The translations under genes were made by a program, and so were the position numbers. A stretch of DNA of 63,863 nucleotides, counting the filler. It is 4 parts of 4 records of this genome, joined end to end, with 100 filler letters (N's around TTAATTAATTAA, not from the genome) between each part and the next. Parts side by side here need not be neighbours in the genome. Positions count along the whole stretch, not along the records: positions 18,842 to 44,203 come from SRR20825019_2122; 3 more parts are not named here. One strand, given 5' to 3'. The notes under the pieces were generated by a model that saw nothing but the letters and a program-made list of their open reading frames with translations, searched no databases and had not been told where the DNA came from. Shown piece by piece: positions 20,693-30,332 of this stretch (the stretch's first letter is position 1; each line of letters starts with the position of its first letter).

Positions 20693-21919
20693 TTATAGCA
20701 ACATATTCCTTGCACGTGTAACACCTTCCACCAGTTTATCCACTTCCTCCTTGGTATTGTAAAAGCTAAAACTGGCCCTTACTGTTCCCGGAATCTGGTA
20801 AAAATCCATTATTGGTTGTGCGCAATGGTGCCCTGTTCTAACGGCAATGCCCAATTTGTCCACAATGGTTCCGATATCATAGGGATGCACGCCTTCAATA
20901 TTAAAGGATATTACCGAAGTTTTATGCGTTGCGGTTCCGTAGATTTTCAAACCGTCAATGGCAAGCAATTGCTCTGTGGCATATCGGACCAACTCATCTT
21001 CGTACTGGGCAATGGCATCAAAACTTATGCTGTTCATATAATCCAATGCGGCTCCAAAGGCAATGCCTCCACAGATGTTGGGCGTTCCAGCTTCAAACTT
21101 ATGGGGCAGATCGGCATAAGTGGTCTTTTCAAAAGTTACCTCGGCGATCATTTCCCCTCCTCCTTGGTAAGGAGGCAATTTCTTGAGCCATTCCTCCTTG
21201 CCATAAAGCATTCCAACCCCCGTTGGTCCGCACATTTTATGGGCGGAAACGGTATAAAAGTCCACATCCAAGGCTTGTAAATCAGCTTTGATGTGTGCCG
21301 CAGCCTGCGCCCCATCTATCAATACGGCCGCTCCAACTTTATGTGCAGCTTCAATGATTTCTTCTATGGGGTTTATGGTTCCCAACGCATTGGATACATG
21401 GTTGCAGAACACCAATTTTGTCTTATCCGATAACAGGTTGTGGTATTCCTCCATGACCAACTCCCCTTCCAGATTCATTGGAACCACTTTTAGGGTTGCC
21501 CCCGTGCGTCCGCACAGCATTTGCCAAGGCACAATATTGGAGTGGTGCTCCATTGCCGATACCAAAATCTCATCCCCCTCCTTTAAAAAGGAAGTGGATC
21601 CCGATGCCACCAAATTGATGCCATGGGTAGTTCCCGAAGTAAAGATCACTTCGCGGGAATGCGCAATGTTAAAGTGCTTTTGGATTTTCTGCCGCGCCGC
21701 TTCGTAGGCATCGGTGGCCTCTTGAGACAAGGTATGTACCCCACGATGGATATTGGCGTTGTACCGCTTGTAATAATCAACAATGACATCGATTACCTGC
21801 TGCGGTGTCTGCGAGGTAGCTGCATTGTCCAAATACACCAAAGGCTTCCCATTGACCTCTCTTTGGAGGATGGGAAAATCCTTTCTAATGGCTTGTATGT
21901 CCAAAGTGGTCTCTATCAT
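20693..21919 (-). CDS. sufS: Cysteine desulfurase
   Basis: YLDNAAT, EHHSNIVPWQ, SAHKMCGPTG, RTGHHCA. Confidence 0.96.
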   Translation of the reverse strand: MIETTLDIQAIRKDFPILQREVNGKPLVYLDNAATSQTPQQVIDVIVDYYKRYNANIHRGVHTLSQEATDAYEAARQKIQKHFNIAHSREVIFTSGTTHGINLVASGSTSFLKEGDEILVSAMEHHSNIVPWQMLCGRTGATLKVVPMNLEGELVMEEYHNLLSDKTKLVFCNHVSNALGTINPIEEIIEAAHKVGAAVLIDGAQAAAHIKADLQALDVDFYTVSAHKMCGPTGVGMLYGKEEWLKKLPPYQGGGEMIAEVTFEKTTYADLPHKFEAGTPNICGGIAFGAALDYMNSISFDAIAQYEDELVRYATEQLLAIDGLKIYGTATHKTSVISFNIEGVHPYDIGTIVDKLGIAVRTGHHCAQPIMDFYQIPGTVRASFSFYNTKEEVDKLVEGVTRARNMLL

Positions 21920-21946
21920 TGTAATGTAATCGTGAAAAAGTTTGTT

Positions 21947-23263
21947 TTACAGATCAAAGCCCATGCGTACACCCAGTTTATCCGCAATGATCTTATTGAT
22001 CCGCAGCTTTAACTCTGGGATACGCACACTTTCCAAAACGTTGTTGGCAAAAGCGTACATCAGCAAAGCCTTGGCTTCTTTTTTTGGAATTCCTCTTGAC
22101 CTCAAATAAAAGAGCGCTTCATCGTCCAACTGACCAATGGTACAACCGTGCGAACATTTTACATCGTCCGCGAAGATTTCCAATTGGGGTTTTGAGTTGA
22201 TGGTCGATTTATCGCTTAACAAAATATTGTTGTTCTGCTGAAAGGCATCCGTCTTTTGGGCAATCTTGTCCACAATGATCTTTCCGTTGAACACTCCTGT
22301 GGAGCTATCCCCGAAAATACCCTTATAATCTTGATGGCTCTCACAATTGGGCTGTGCGTGGTGCACCAAAGTGTGGTGGTCCACATGCTGTTTATCGCCC
22401 AAAATCGTAATCCCTTTCAAGGTAGAGTCGATACGCTCCCCGTTCTGGTAAAAGTTCAGGTTGTTACGGATTAATTTTCCACCCAAGGAGAACGTATGCA
22501 CCCTTACAACGCTGCTATCTTTTTGTGAGATATATGTATTGTCCACCAAGGAGGCGGTAGGCTCATCGTTCTGAACTTTGTAGTAGTCCACGATGGCGTC
22601 CTTGCCAGCAAAAATTTCGGTCACGGAGTTGGTAAACACTTCATTCCCCGTCAAACTTTGGTGGCGTTCTATAATTTGAACCTCAGCGTTGTCCTCGGCA
22701 ACGATCAAGTTACGGGGTTGCAACATCAAGGCTGGTTCCTTGCCAGTGGCCAAATGCAAAATTTGGATAGGCTTCTTCGGCATTTTGTTCTTTGGAATGT
22801 AGATATAGGCACCTTCTTTACTGAACGCTGTGTTCAAAGAGGTCAACGACTCATCTTTGGAGGCCGCTTTGTTGAAATACACCTCTATCACCTGTTTGAA
22901 CATGGGCTTACTGAAGGCAGAGCTCATCAAACAGACATCTACGCCATCATGTGTGGTTTCGGACAGGTATGAACTATACACCCCATCAACGAAAACAATC
23001 TTGTAGGTGTCTATCTCGTGGAGGAAGTATTTTTTCACATCCTTGTATTCCAACGTGGTCTCGTGCTTTGGAAAGATGCTGAAATCTATCTTTTCCAAGC
23101 CCCTCAACGAGGTATATTTCCAAGCTTCATCCTTTTTTGTCGGGAAGCCCTTGGTCTCAAAATTCTTTATGGCACTGGATCTTTCCTCATGTACTGGATG
23201 ATCTAAATCCAAACCATCTTCAAAAGCCATAAAAGAGGAGACTAATTTTTCCTTTAAATCCAT
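21947..23263 (-). CDS. sufD: Fe-S cluster assembly protein
   Basis: EAWKYT, KPQLEIFADDVKCSHG, LFYLRSRGI. Confidence 0.96.
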   Translation of the reverse strand: MDLKEKLVSSFMAFEDGLDLDHPVHEERSSAIKNFETKGFPTKKDEAWKYTSLRGLEKIDFSIFPKHETTLEYKDVKKYFLHEIDTYKIVFVDGVYSSYLSETTHDGVDVCLMSSAFSKPMFKQVIEVYFNKAASKDESLTSLNTAFSKEGAYIYIPKNKMPKKPIQILHLATGKEPALMLQPRNLIVAEDNAEVQIIERHQSLTGNEVFTNSVTEIFAGKDAIVDYYKVQNDEPTASLVDNTYISQKDSSVVRVHTFSLGGKLIRNNLNFYQNGERIDSTLKGITILGDKQHVDHHTLVHHAQPNCESHQDYKGIFGDSSTGVFNGKIIVDKIAQKTDAFQQNNNILLSDKSTINSKPQLEIFADDVKCSHGCTIGQLDDEALFYLRSRGIPKKEAKALLMYAFANNVLESVRIPELKLRINKIIADKLGVRMGFDL

Positions 23264-23271
23264 ATCTTTTT

Positions 23272-23341
23272 AAGTTTTCAGTGGTCAGTTTTCAGTTTTA
23301 AGTATTCTGAAACCTGTTGTCTGAAGTCTTACATCTGTTTT
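23272..23341. repeat. Inverted pair of heptamer tandem arrays
   Basis: 5 x (C/A)AGTNNT followed directly by 5 x CT(G/T)NNNN. Confidence 0.75.
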
Positions 23342-24094
23342 TTAAACTGCAGCTTCTTCTTTTAACCAGTCGTATCCCTTTTCTTCCAGTTCCAGGGCCA
23401 ATTCCTTGGTTCCGGATTTTACGATTTTTCCGTTGTACAACACGTGCACAAAATCAGGAACGATATACTCCAACAATCGTTGGTAGTGTGTAATCACGAT
23501 GATGGCGTTGTCCTTGCTGCGCAATTTGTTTACACCATTGGAAACGATACGAAGGGCATCAATGTCCAAACCGGAATCGGTCTCGTCCAAAATGGCCAAT
23601 TTGGGTTCCATCATAGCCATTTGAAAGATTTCGTTACGTTTCTTTTCCCCTCCGGAGAATCCTTCGTTCAAGGAACGTGAAAGGAACTTTCTGTCGATTT
23701 CCAACATTTCGGACTTCTCGCGAATCTTCTTGAGCATTTCGTTGGCTGGCATATCTTCCAAACCTTGTGCTTTTCTGGATTCGTTGATAGCGGTCTTCAT
23801 AAAATTGGTCACCGATACCCCTGGAATCTCAACTGGGTACTGGAACGATAGGAACACTCCTTTGTGGGCTCTTTCTTCTGGGGAAAGTTCTTCCAAGTCT
23901 TCCCCTTCCAGAAGAATGCTTCCTTCGCCTACTTCAAATTCCTCCTGTCCTGCGATTACTTCGGCCAAGGTACTTTTACCGGAGCCGTTGGGGCCCATAA
24001 TGGCGTGTACCTCTCCTGCGTTCACCTTTAGGTTGATTCCCTTAAGGATTTCTTTATCGTCTACGCTTGCGTGTAAGTTCTTTATTTCTAGCAT
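23342..24094 (-). CDS. sufC: Fe-S cluster assembly ATPase
   Basis: [37 protein letters not shown]. Confidence 0.97.
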   Translation of the reverse strand: MLEIKNLHASVDDKEILKGINLKVNAGEVHAIMGPNGSGKSTLAEVIAGQEEFEVGEGSILLEGEDLEELSPEERAHKGVFLSFQYPVEIPGVSVTNFMKTAINESRKAQGLEDMPANEMLKKIREKSEMLEIDRKFLSRSLNEGFSGGEKKRNEIFQMAMMEPKLAILDETDSGLDIDALRIVSNGVNKLRSKDNAIIVITHYQRLLEYIVPDFVHVLYNGKIVKSGTKELALELEEKGYDWLKEEAAV

Positions 24095-24129
24095 TTTGTA
24101 AAATTGTGTTCTGTCTTAATAATTGTGAT

Positions 24130-24198
24130 TTCGACTTCGCTCAATCACCAAATTGGATTGGGTAGCTGAGCGCCTGCCTGACGGGCAGGCAGCCGAAG
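24130..24198. repeat. REP doublet with nested palindrome in one arm
   Basis: TTCGACTTCGCTCAATCACC ... GGTAGCTGAGCG[CCTGCCTGACGGGCAGG]CAGCCGAAG. Confidence 0.75.
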
Positions 24199-25644
24199 TT
24201 ATCCTACGGAGCCTTCCAAACTGATTTCCAATAGTTTTTGAGCTTCTACGGCAAATTCCATTGGCAGTTTGTTCAATACTTCCTTGCTAAATCCGTTTAC
24301 GATCAAGGCAATGGCCTTTTCGGTATCGATTCCCCTTTGGTTACAGTAGAAAATCTGGTCCTCGCCAATCTTACTGGTCGTGGCCTCGTGCTCTATCTGT
24401 GCACTTTTGTTCTTGACCTCAATGTAGGGGAACGTATGCGCCCCGCAACGGTTGCCCATCAATAGGGAATCGCATTGGGAGAAGTTCCTTGCATTTTCGG
24501 CACGACTGTTCACCTGCACCAATCCACGGTAACTGTTTTGTGACTGTCCTGCTGAAATACCTTTGGAAATGATGGTACTCTTGGTATTCTTGCCCAAGTG
24601 AACCATTTTGGTCCCTGTATCTGCTTGTTGGAAATTGTTGGTCACGGCAATGGAATAAAATTCACCAATGGAATAATCACCTTTCAAAATACACGATGGG
24701 TATTTCCATGTTACCGCAGAACCTGTCTCGACCTGCGTCCAAGAAATTTTGGCATGCTTTTCACAGAGTCCGCGTTTGGTCACAAAGTTGTAAACGCCCC
24801 CTTTTCCCTCTTTGTTGCCAGGGAACCAGTTCTGAACTGTGGAATATTTGATTTCAGCATTGTCCAGGGCTATAAGCTCTACCACTGCTGCGTGCAATTG
24901 GTTCTCGTCCCGCATCGGGGCAGTACATCCTTCCAAATAGCTCACATAACTGCCTTCTTCGGCAATGACCAAGGTCCTCTCGAACTGTCCAGTTCCCGCT
25001 TGGTTGATTCGGAAATAAGTGGAAAGTTCCATAGGACACCTCACTCCTTTTGGAATGTAGCAGAAAGATCCATCGGAAAACACCGCTGAATTCAATGCCG
25101 CGTAAAAATTGTCCTTTTGCGGAACTACGGTTCCCAAATATTTTTTCACCAATTCAGGGTGCTCCTTGATAGCTTCGGAAATGGAACAAAAAATAATTCC
25201 TTTTTCGGCCAATGTTTTTTTGAAAGTGGTGGCCACGGATACGGAATCCATTACGATATCCACCGCAACACCTGCCAACTTTTTCTGCTCATCTACCGAA
25301 ATTCCCAATTTTTTGAACGTATCCAGTAATTCTGGATCTACTTCGTCCAAGCTATCGTACTTCGGTTTTTTGTTGGGAGCCGAGTAATAGGAAATGTTTT
25401 GGAAGTCGGGTTTTTGGTATTTTACGTTCGCCCATTCGGGTTCTTCCATTTGTTTCCAGGCACGGAATGCTTCCAATCGCCACTTCGTCATCCAATCGGG
25501 TTCTTCCTTCTTCTTGGAAATGGCGACAACAATGTCCTCGTTCAACCCTTTTGGAAAGGTATCCGATTCAATGTCCGTGTAGAAACCATACTCGTACTCT
25601 TTGGTCTCCAATTCTTTCTTTAATTCTTCTTCTGTATAAGCCAT
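24199..25644 (-). CDS. sufB: Fe-S cluster assembly scaffold
   Basis: [34 protein letters not shown]. Confidence 0.97.
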   Translation of the reverse strand: MAYTEEELKKELETKEYEYGFYTDIESDTFPKGLNEDIVVAISKKKEEPDWMTKWRLEAFRAWKQMEEPEWANVKYQKPDFQNISYYSAPNKKPKYDSLDEVDPELLDTFKKLGISVDEQKKLAGVAVDIVMDSVSVATTFKKTLAEKGIIFCSISEAIKEHPELVKKYLGTVVPQKDNFYAALNSAVFSDGSFCYIPKGVRCPMELSTYFRINQAGTGQFERTLVIAEEGSYVSYLEGCTAPMRDENQLHAAVVELIALDNAEIKYSTVQNWFPGNKEGKGGVYNFVTKRGLCEKHAKISWTQVETGSAVTWKYPSCILKGDYSIGEFYSIAVTNNFQQADTGTKMVHLGKNTKSTIISKGISAGQSQNSYRGLVQVNSRAENARNFSQCDSLLMGNRCGAHTFPYIEVKNKSAQIEHEATTSKIGEDQIFYCNQRGIDTEKAIALIVNGFSKEVLNKLPMEFAVEAQKLLEISLEGSVG

Positions 25645-25684
25645 ATATTTTTAAATTAGCCAATTACAGGCTTTGAGTCAATGT

Positions 25685-26014
25685 TTATAGTGAAAAACTT
25701 TCTCCACATCCGCAGGTTCGCTGAGCGTTGGGGTTGTTGAACACAAAACCCTTTCCGTTCAAACCTCCGGAATATTCCAATGTGGTGCCCACCAAATACA
25801 AAAAGCTTTTTTTGTCCACGATGATTCTCACATCGTTATCTTCAAAAATCTTATCTGTATCTGTAGCGGAATTGTCAAAGGTCAATTCATAAGACAATCC
25901 ACTGCACCCTCCGCTCTTTACGCCAACGCGCACATAGTCCGTGGTCGCATTATAACCTTCTTCGGTCATAAGCGACACCACTTTGTGCCTTGCTGATTCT
26001 GAAACCTTAATCAT
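25685..26014 (-). CDS. sufA: A-type Fe-S carrier, first gene of the suf operon
   Basis: GGCSGLSY, NPNAQRTCGCGESF. Confidence 0.92.
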   Translation of the reverse strand: MIKVSESARHKVVSLMTEEGYNATTDYVRVGVKSGGCSGLSYELTFDNSATDTDKIFEDNDVRIIVDKKSFLYLVGTTLEYSGGLNGKGFVFNNPNAQRTCGCGESFSL

Positions 26015-26015
26015 C

Positions 26016-26050
26016 TTACTTGAATTTAATCTAAATAGCCTACAAATATA
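26016..26050 (-). promoter_or_regulatory. suf promoter (-7 TATATTTG) with an adjacent degenerate palindrome ending TCTAAATA
   Basis: CAAATATA at 26043-26050 is the Bacteroidota TAnnTTTG element on the minus strand; TACTTGAAT-N3-ATCTAAATA at 26017-26037. Confidence 0.55.
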
Positions 26051-26263
26051 CTGTATCTAAAGGGTTTTACCATAGCAACTAACATTAATATAACGAATGA
26101 TTCCATAGGTGTTTCCTATGAAAAATTAGTCCAATTTGACCACAAGTCCCATCAGTCGTGAATTTGCAAGTATTCTTAATGACTTTTGACAGGTTTTTGC
26201 CGAAAAAAATTTTATGTCCCGTCCGACTACAGGATTTACGATTATCCTCATTATTTTTGCAAA

Positions 26264-27310
26264 ATGCTAGAAGACAAGAATCAAGAACGTACATCTTTGG
26301 AAGAATTGGGCGAATTTGGCCTGATCGACCAACTTACCAAAAACTTTGAACTGAAACAACCATCTTCCATAGTTGGGGTGGGCGATGACGCCGCCGTAAT
26401 GGATCATAATGGCAAAAAAACCATTGTGTCCACCGACATGTTGGTGGAAGGGGTTCATTTTGACCTGAGCTATATGCCCTTGAAGCACTTGGGCTATAAA
26501 TCGGTGATGGTGAATCTTTCCGATATCTACGCCATGAACGCCATGGCCACACAGATTACAGTTTCTTTGGCCATTTCCAACCGGTTTCCTTTGGAAGCGC
26601 TCGAAGAATTTTATGAAGGAGTAGCACTTGCATGCAAGCTATACAATGTTGACTTGGTAGGTGGAGACACCACCTCTTCCACAAGGGGAATGATCGTAAG
26701 CGTAACTGCAATCGGCGCTGCGGATGAGAACGACATCGTTTACCGAAAAGGCAGCAAGCCCAACGATTTATTGGTAGTTTCTGGCGATTTGGGAGGTGCC
26801 TATCTTGGCCTTCAGGTATTGGAGCGCGAAAAAGAGGTGTTCAAGGTAAATCCGAACAGTCAGCCCGATCTTGAACCCTATTCTTATATCGTAGAAAGGC
26901 AATTAAAGCCGGAAGCACGAAAAGACATTGTGGAACTGCTCAAAAAATTAGGGGTAAGGCCGACTTCCATGGTCGACATCAGCGACGGCCTTTCTTCGGA
27001 AGTAATTCATTTATGCAAGCATAGTGATATTGGCTGCAATGTTTTTGAAGAGAAAATCCCATTGGATCCCACGGTGATTTCCGCATCCGAAGAATTTAAA
27101 ATGGACAGCACCATGATTGCCTTGAGCGGCGGTGAGGATTATGAGTTGTTGTTCACTATTGACCAAGCAGATTTTCCCAAGATCAAAGGAAACCCCAACT
27201 TGACGGTAATTGGACATATGACGGAAAAGAATGAAGGAATCCATTTAATTACTAGGGCGGAGACAAAAATTCCGATTACCGCACAGGGCTGGAACTCTTT
27301 CAATAAATAA
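26264..27310 (+). CDS. thiL: Thiamine-monophosphate kinase
   Basis: GEFGLI, GDDAA, VEGVHF, NLSDIYAM, GGDT, DISDGL, GGEDYEL; TATTTTTG -7 element just upstream. Confidence 0.95.
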   Translation: MLEDKNQERTSLEELGEFGLIDQLTKNFELKQPSSIVGVGDDAAVMDHNGKKTIVSTDMLVEGVHFDLSYMPLKHLGYKSVMVNLSDIYAMNAMATQITVSLAISNRFPLEALEEFYEGVALACKLYNVDLVGGDTTSSTRGMIVSVTAIGAADENDIVYRKGSKPNDLLVVSGDLGGAYLGLQVLEREKEVFKVNPNSQPDLEPYSYIVERQLKPEARKDIVELLKKLGVRPTSMVDISDGLSSEVIHLCKHSDIGCNVFEEKIPLDPTVISASEEFKMDSTMIALSGGEDYELLFTIDQADFPKIKGNPNLTVIGHMTEKNEGIHLITRAETKIPITAQGWNSFNK

Positions 27311-27398
27311 AAAAATCCCGAAAATCAAGGGCATCCCTACATCATGGCATTGGGGCACGCAACCATTAGCAGTAGGTAATTACTTAAGTTTCCGGGAT
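27309..27398 (-). ncRNA. Candidate ~90-nt rod-shaped structured RNA or extended terminator
   Basis: Nested stems AUCCCGGAAA/UUUUCGGGAU, UUAAG/CUUGA, CCUAC/GUAGG, AUGG/CCAU, then a U-run; G-U pairs favour the minus strand. Confidence 0.45.
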
Positions 27399-27431
27399 AA
27401 GATTTGGGCCTTTTCCTAAAACAAATAAGGG

Positions 27432-27686
27432 CTATGCCACTTGGTGCACTACCCTACTTTGCCTTTTTCTGTACATGTCTTCCAGTGTACTGTTGATCTC
27501 TTGCATTTGAGGTGTCAAGGCGGAGAGCTTTCCGCTGACATCTGTTGTAACTTGTTTTTGGCAGTGAATGCATTTGTACTCCTTTATGTGATGAGTCACT
27601 TTCTTGGAAACCGTATAATGGTGTCCGAACAAGCTGCAAAAGAAGGAAGAAAATTTGTTGCCATGCTGCGTAGTAGTTGTTTTCAT
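27432..27686 (-). CDS. Small putative Zn-binding protein (DUF1660-like)
   Basis: CSLFGHHY...YKCIHC; 84 aa from MKTTT. Confidence 0.7.
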   Translation of the reverse strand: MKTTTTQHGNKFSSFFCSLFGHHYTVSKKVTHHIKEYKCIHCQKQVTTDVSGKLSALTPQMQEINSTLEDMYRKRQSRVVHQVA

Positions 27687-27926
27687 AGGCGGGTGTAGTT
27701 TGGAGAAAAGCATATAATTACGAAATGGGGCTTCGAAAAATGCTTACTTTGGTTAATGGTAATTTTTTGTTATAAATTATTTTTGAGATTCAACTTTTAT
27801 AGGAACGAATGTTGATAACTTTTTATTTTGTAAATGTATCGAGATAATATTTTTTTCGATGAAATACCTCAAAATCGATAAAAAGTCGCCTTTTTCCGTC
27901 AAAAAACGCTTTTGTAAGATACCGTA

Positions 27927-29216
27927 TTGAAAACAAATTATCAACAATCCATCAATAAAAAATCGTTAACCGTCACTGCATTTGCGCTTTTTTCCCTGTT
28001 TTTTGGAGCGGGTAATCTGGTTTTGCCACCATTGCTGGGGTTTAAATCGGGTGATTTATGGTGGTTGGTGGCCTTGGGCTTCTGTATTTCGGGAGCACTT
28101 GTTCCTATTTTAGGGATAGTGGCCCATTCCAAACTACAGGGCACCCTGTTCGATTTTGCAAAAAAAGTATCTCCATCATTTAGTGTAGTATATTGTTATT
28201 TGATTTACGCAATTGCAATTGCTTTGCCATCGCCACGAACAGCATCGGTAACCCACGAAATGGCAATTCAGCCTTTTTGGGGTTCATCATCGTTACTTAC
28301 CAGCCTTATCTACTTTATGTTGGTTTTTGTTTTTGCCACCAACAGAACCAAAGTTCTGGATGCTCTTGGAAAAATATTGACCCCTGGTATCCTTATCATC
28401 CTTTTGGTCATCATCATGACCGCCATATTTACCTTGGATTTTGATTTTGTCCCTTCTCATATGAGTCAACCTTTTAGTTCCGGTATTTTGGAGGGTTATC
28501 AAACCTTTGATGCCATCGGTGCCGTTGTGGTTGGTGCCGTAATCATAATATCGGTCAACATCAAAGAAAAAGCTGCTTCTTATGAAGAAAAACGAAGACT
28601 CATAAGGAGGGCAGGTCTTTGGGCAGGTGCTGGATTATTTTTAGTTTACGGAGGACTGATTCTCACCGGGGCCTTGTTTGGGAACTCTTTTGACAACGAA
28701 ATAACCAGAACAGCACTCTTACGTGGAATAAGCACAAAAACTCTGGGCGAAACAGCCAATCTTTTATTGAGCATACTGGTAAGCTTGGCCTGTTTTACCA
28801 CTGCTGTCGGAATTGTGACGGGCACTTCAGATTTTATAAAAGGCCGGTTCAACGATTCTTTATGGGCGTACCGAATCACAGCTTTTATAGGTTGTGTACT
28901 TGGTGTTTTAATAGGTCAGTTCGATGTGGGCTACATTATTACTGTGGCCGTGCCTGCTTTAATGTTTATATATCCCATAACTATCATTTTGATTTTACTG
29001 AACGTTGCTCCTGAGAAATACGCTTCTGAAAAAGTGTTCAGATGGGTTGTCGGCACTACAATCCTGTTCAGTATTCCTGATTTTTTGGGAAGCATTGGAC
29101 TGGGCGAACACATTTCGCGTTATGTAGATTGGATTCCCTTGGGCCAACATCAAATGGGGTGGGTTTTGCCCGCATTGGTTGTTTTTATCGTCGCAAATCT
29201 AGGTGAGAAAAGTTAA
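27927..29216 (+). CDS. brnQ: Branched-chain amino acid:cation symporter
   Basis: FALFSLFFGAGNL, PRTA, EGYQTFDA, ACFTTAVG; about 12 TM helices. Confidence 0.93.
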   Translation: MKTNYQQSINKKSLTVTAFALFSLFFGAGNLVLPPLLGFKSGDLWWLVALGFCISGALVPILGIVAHSKLQGTLFDFAKKVSPSFSVVYCYLIYAIAIALPSPRTASVTHEMAIQPFWGSSSLLTSLIYFMLVFVFATNRTKVLDALGKILTPGILIILLVIIMTAIFTLDFDFVPSHMSQPFSSGILEGYQTFDAIGAVVVGAVIIISVNIKEKAASYEEKRRLIRRAGLWAGAGLFLVYGGLILTGALFGNSFDNEITRTALLRGISTKTLGETANLLLSILVSLACFTTAVGIVTGTSDFIKGRFNDSLWAYRITAFIGCVLGVLIGQFDVGYIITVAVPALMFIYPITIILILLNVAPEKYASEKVFRWVVGTTILFSIPDFLGSIGLGEHISRYVDWIPLGQHQMGWVLPALVVFIVANLGEKS

Positions 29217-29389
29217 AAGGTTGTCGAATATTCAAACCTGTCAGCAATATCGTCCGCTTCTGCCTTAGGCAGCCCCTCCTCTAAATTCTCCCACCATTCT
29301 GTCCAGATATGTTTAAGATCTATTTGACTCATGGTGTCCCCTGGACAATGAATGGGTCTCAGTTTTTTTAGTGGAAAGCTAAATCATTC

Positions 29390-30019
29390 TTAATCACAAC
29401 AACAGTGTTTGTCACTTTTAGCTTTCTCGAAGCATTCCTTTCCCTCAGAAAGCGCAAAATAGGCCAAGCCCAAGGTTCCCAAACTATCCACATAAGGAAT
29501 TTTGAAAAGTTCATAAACGCCACTACTTATCAAAAGGATAATGGACATGTACACACAGACCAAGGTACAGTTGGCATCTGCCAAAATGGGAGCCGAATCA
29601 AGTTCCCGCCCCACTTTCCTCTTCCACCAGACCAAAATCCACATAATGAGTATGGATATGAAGGAAATGATGACGCCCCAAAAAGTGGTCAGTGGTTTAT
29701 GGCCGGTCCAAATATTGTATACGCTCGATACTACAAGACCTGTGAACAAAATATAAAAGGCAACACCTGTAATTCTTAAAGCTGTGCGCTCAAAATTGTC
29801 CCGATTGCTTTCGGGGTTCCTTTGGATGCGCAGTACCATATGGGCAATACCCAATCCCGAGATGACTTCGATAAAACTGTCCGTGCCAAAACCAAAAAGG
29901 GCAAGGCTTTCATCTTCAAAACCAAGATATGTGGAAACTATGCCTTCCACCACGTTATAGAAAATGGTGATAAGTGCTAGGACAAATGCGGTACGGTAAA
30001 GTTTATGCTGCTTTTCCAA
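29390..30019 (-). CDS. Cation diffusion facilitator-like (TMEM163-like) metal transporter
   Basis: YNVVEG, FGFGTDSFIE, LADA; ends KHCCCD; TTG start inferred. Confidence 0.8.
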   Translation of the reverse strand: MEKQHKLYRTAFVLALITIFYNVVEGIVSTYLGFEDESLALFGFGTDSFIEVISGLGIAHMVLRIQRNPESNRDNFERTALRITGVAFYILFTGLVVSSVYNIWTGHKPLTTFWGVIISFISILIMWILVWWKRKVGRELDSAPILADANCTLVCVYMSIILLISSGVYELFKIPYVDSLGTLGLAYFALSEGKECFEKAKSDKHCCCD

Positions 30020-30089
30020 ACTATACGAATTTGCTTTTGTTGAAGTTCGCTTTTTTGTATGGAAAAGGCAAAAGATACATGTAACATAT

Positions 30090-30263
30090 CTATTCCGAGC
30101 CCCGTTTCTTTTTATTATAGTGATAAATGGCATAGGCAATACCGGCCAACGCCACGAAAGGAAGGTAACTCCCGATCACTACGCCTATCTCGTAGGCACT
30201 GTCGGGAGCTTCCGCTATCTTTTTTTCAATGTTTGATTGTTGAATCAACCAAATTAGATTCAT
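30090..30263 (-). CDS. Small single-TM membrane protein (57 aa), absent from the ORF track
   Basis: Manual translation MNLIWLIQQSNIEKKIAEAPDSAYEIGVVIGSYLPFVALAGIAYAIYHYNKKKRGSE; TM helix then basic tail; co-oriented with neighbours. Confidence 0.75.
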   Translation of the reverse strand: MNLIWLIQQSNIEKKIAEAPDSAYEIGVVIGSYLPFVALAGIAYAIYHYNKKKRGSE

Positions 30264-30307
30264 ATTGTATCTTTTTTGTCCTTTGGAGCCAACAATGAAT
30301 AGCTGTA

Positions 30308-30329
30308 TCTCGACTGCACTCGATATGAC
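30308..30329. repeat. Single flavobacterial REP-like palindrome
   Basis: TCTCGACTGCACTCGATATGAC directly after the pepP stop. Confidence 0.55.
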
Positions 30330-30332
30330 TAT

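Noticed and set aside
26051..26263. TPP riboswitch upstream of thiL
   Set aside because: No CTGAGA-type aptamer core, and the -7 element lies only a few bases before the start codon, leaving no room for a leader
29213..29332. 39-aa minus-strand ORF MSQIDLKHIWTEWWENLEEGL...
   Set aside because: No recognisable motif or independent expression signals; may be a gene remnant, but support is too weak
30160..30213. Hairpin GGAAG..CTCCCGA..TCGGGAG CTTCC upstream of a metal transporter, as a possible metal riboswitch
   Set aside because: It lies inside a convincing 57-aa membrane-protein ORF (30090-30263) and I see no recognisable NiCo or yybP consensus
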